Origin: Candidatus Enterousia excrementavium | GTDB taxonomy: Bacteria; Pseudomonadota; Alphaproteobacteria; Rs-D84 | Assembly: GCA_017694175.1 (NCBI GenBank) | Contig: JADINE010000023.1 | Coordinates: 1-37,662, forward strand | DNA length: 37,662 bases | Direction of reading: 5' to 3' | Shown: positions 37,478 to 37,662 of the stretch, one piece after another | Position numbering within the stretch: position 1 is the first letter of the stretch | How the letters are laid out: every line of letters begins with the position of its first letter | Notes under the pieces: generated by a model | What the model saw: only the letters and a program-made list of their open reading frames with translations | What the model was told of the DNA's origin: nothing | Database searches by the model: none | Made by a program: the position numbers and the translations under genes

Positions 37478-37662
37478 TGCTTTTGTTGTAATTTTAGAAT
37501 TCGATTTTGATGGTGGCGTATACGTGCATCGCGCCAATCGTGACATATTTTGTTCCAGTTCGCACGATACAATTCCATCTGGGGCATTTTTGCAACAGAA
37601 TCAGCATGAATACTGTCGCGCACCAATTGGTTTAATTTGTCGCGCCGCGCGGTCATTTCACG
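37471..37662 (-). CDS. 3' end of a hypothetical protein running off the window
   Basis: The frame is open to the window edge; its stop lies within the terminator. Confidence 0.55.
   Translation of the reverse strand, partial: REMTARRDKLNQLVRDSIHADSVAKMPQMELYRANWNKICHDWRDARIRHHQNRILKLQQKQK

Overview
Chromosomal segment of a small-genome alphaproteobacterium. The SuhB, L31, MerR and PBP1A sequences look alphaproteobacterial; an uncultured gut lineage such as Rs-D84/Enterousia is my inference and is not verified. Most of the window is housekeeping: tsaC (frameshifted), ppdK, rplU-rpmA, dnaQ, uvrD, rpmE, suhB-like, mrcA, mraY-ftsW-murG, comF, valS, rpmH (missed by the ORF track) and gyrA. The unexplained parts are: (i) five divergent paralogous polytopic membrane proteins with a VirB6/TrbL-like core, four translationally coupled and one divergent, with no other T4SS genes in the window; (ii) two paralogous ~750-800 aa secreted Cys-rich proteins with repeated VSR motifs that flank rplU-rpmA; (iii) a family of heptamer (YAGAKWA) repeat arrays directly after terminators, one forming a 44-bp perfect inverted repeat; (iv) an apparently chimeric ValRS; (v) a SuhB lacking its metal ligands; (vi) many apparently leaderless or short-leader genes. 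I found no tRNA, rRNA, CRISPR array, transposase or integrase.
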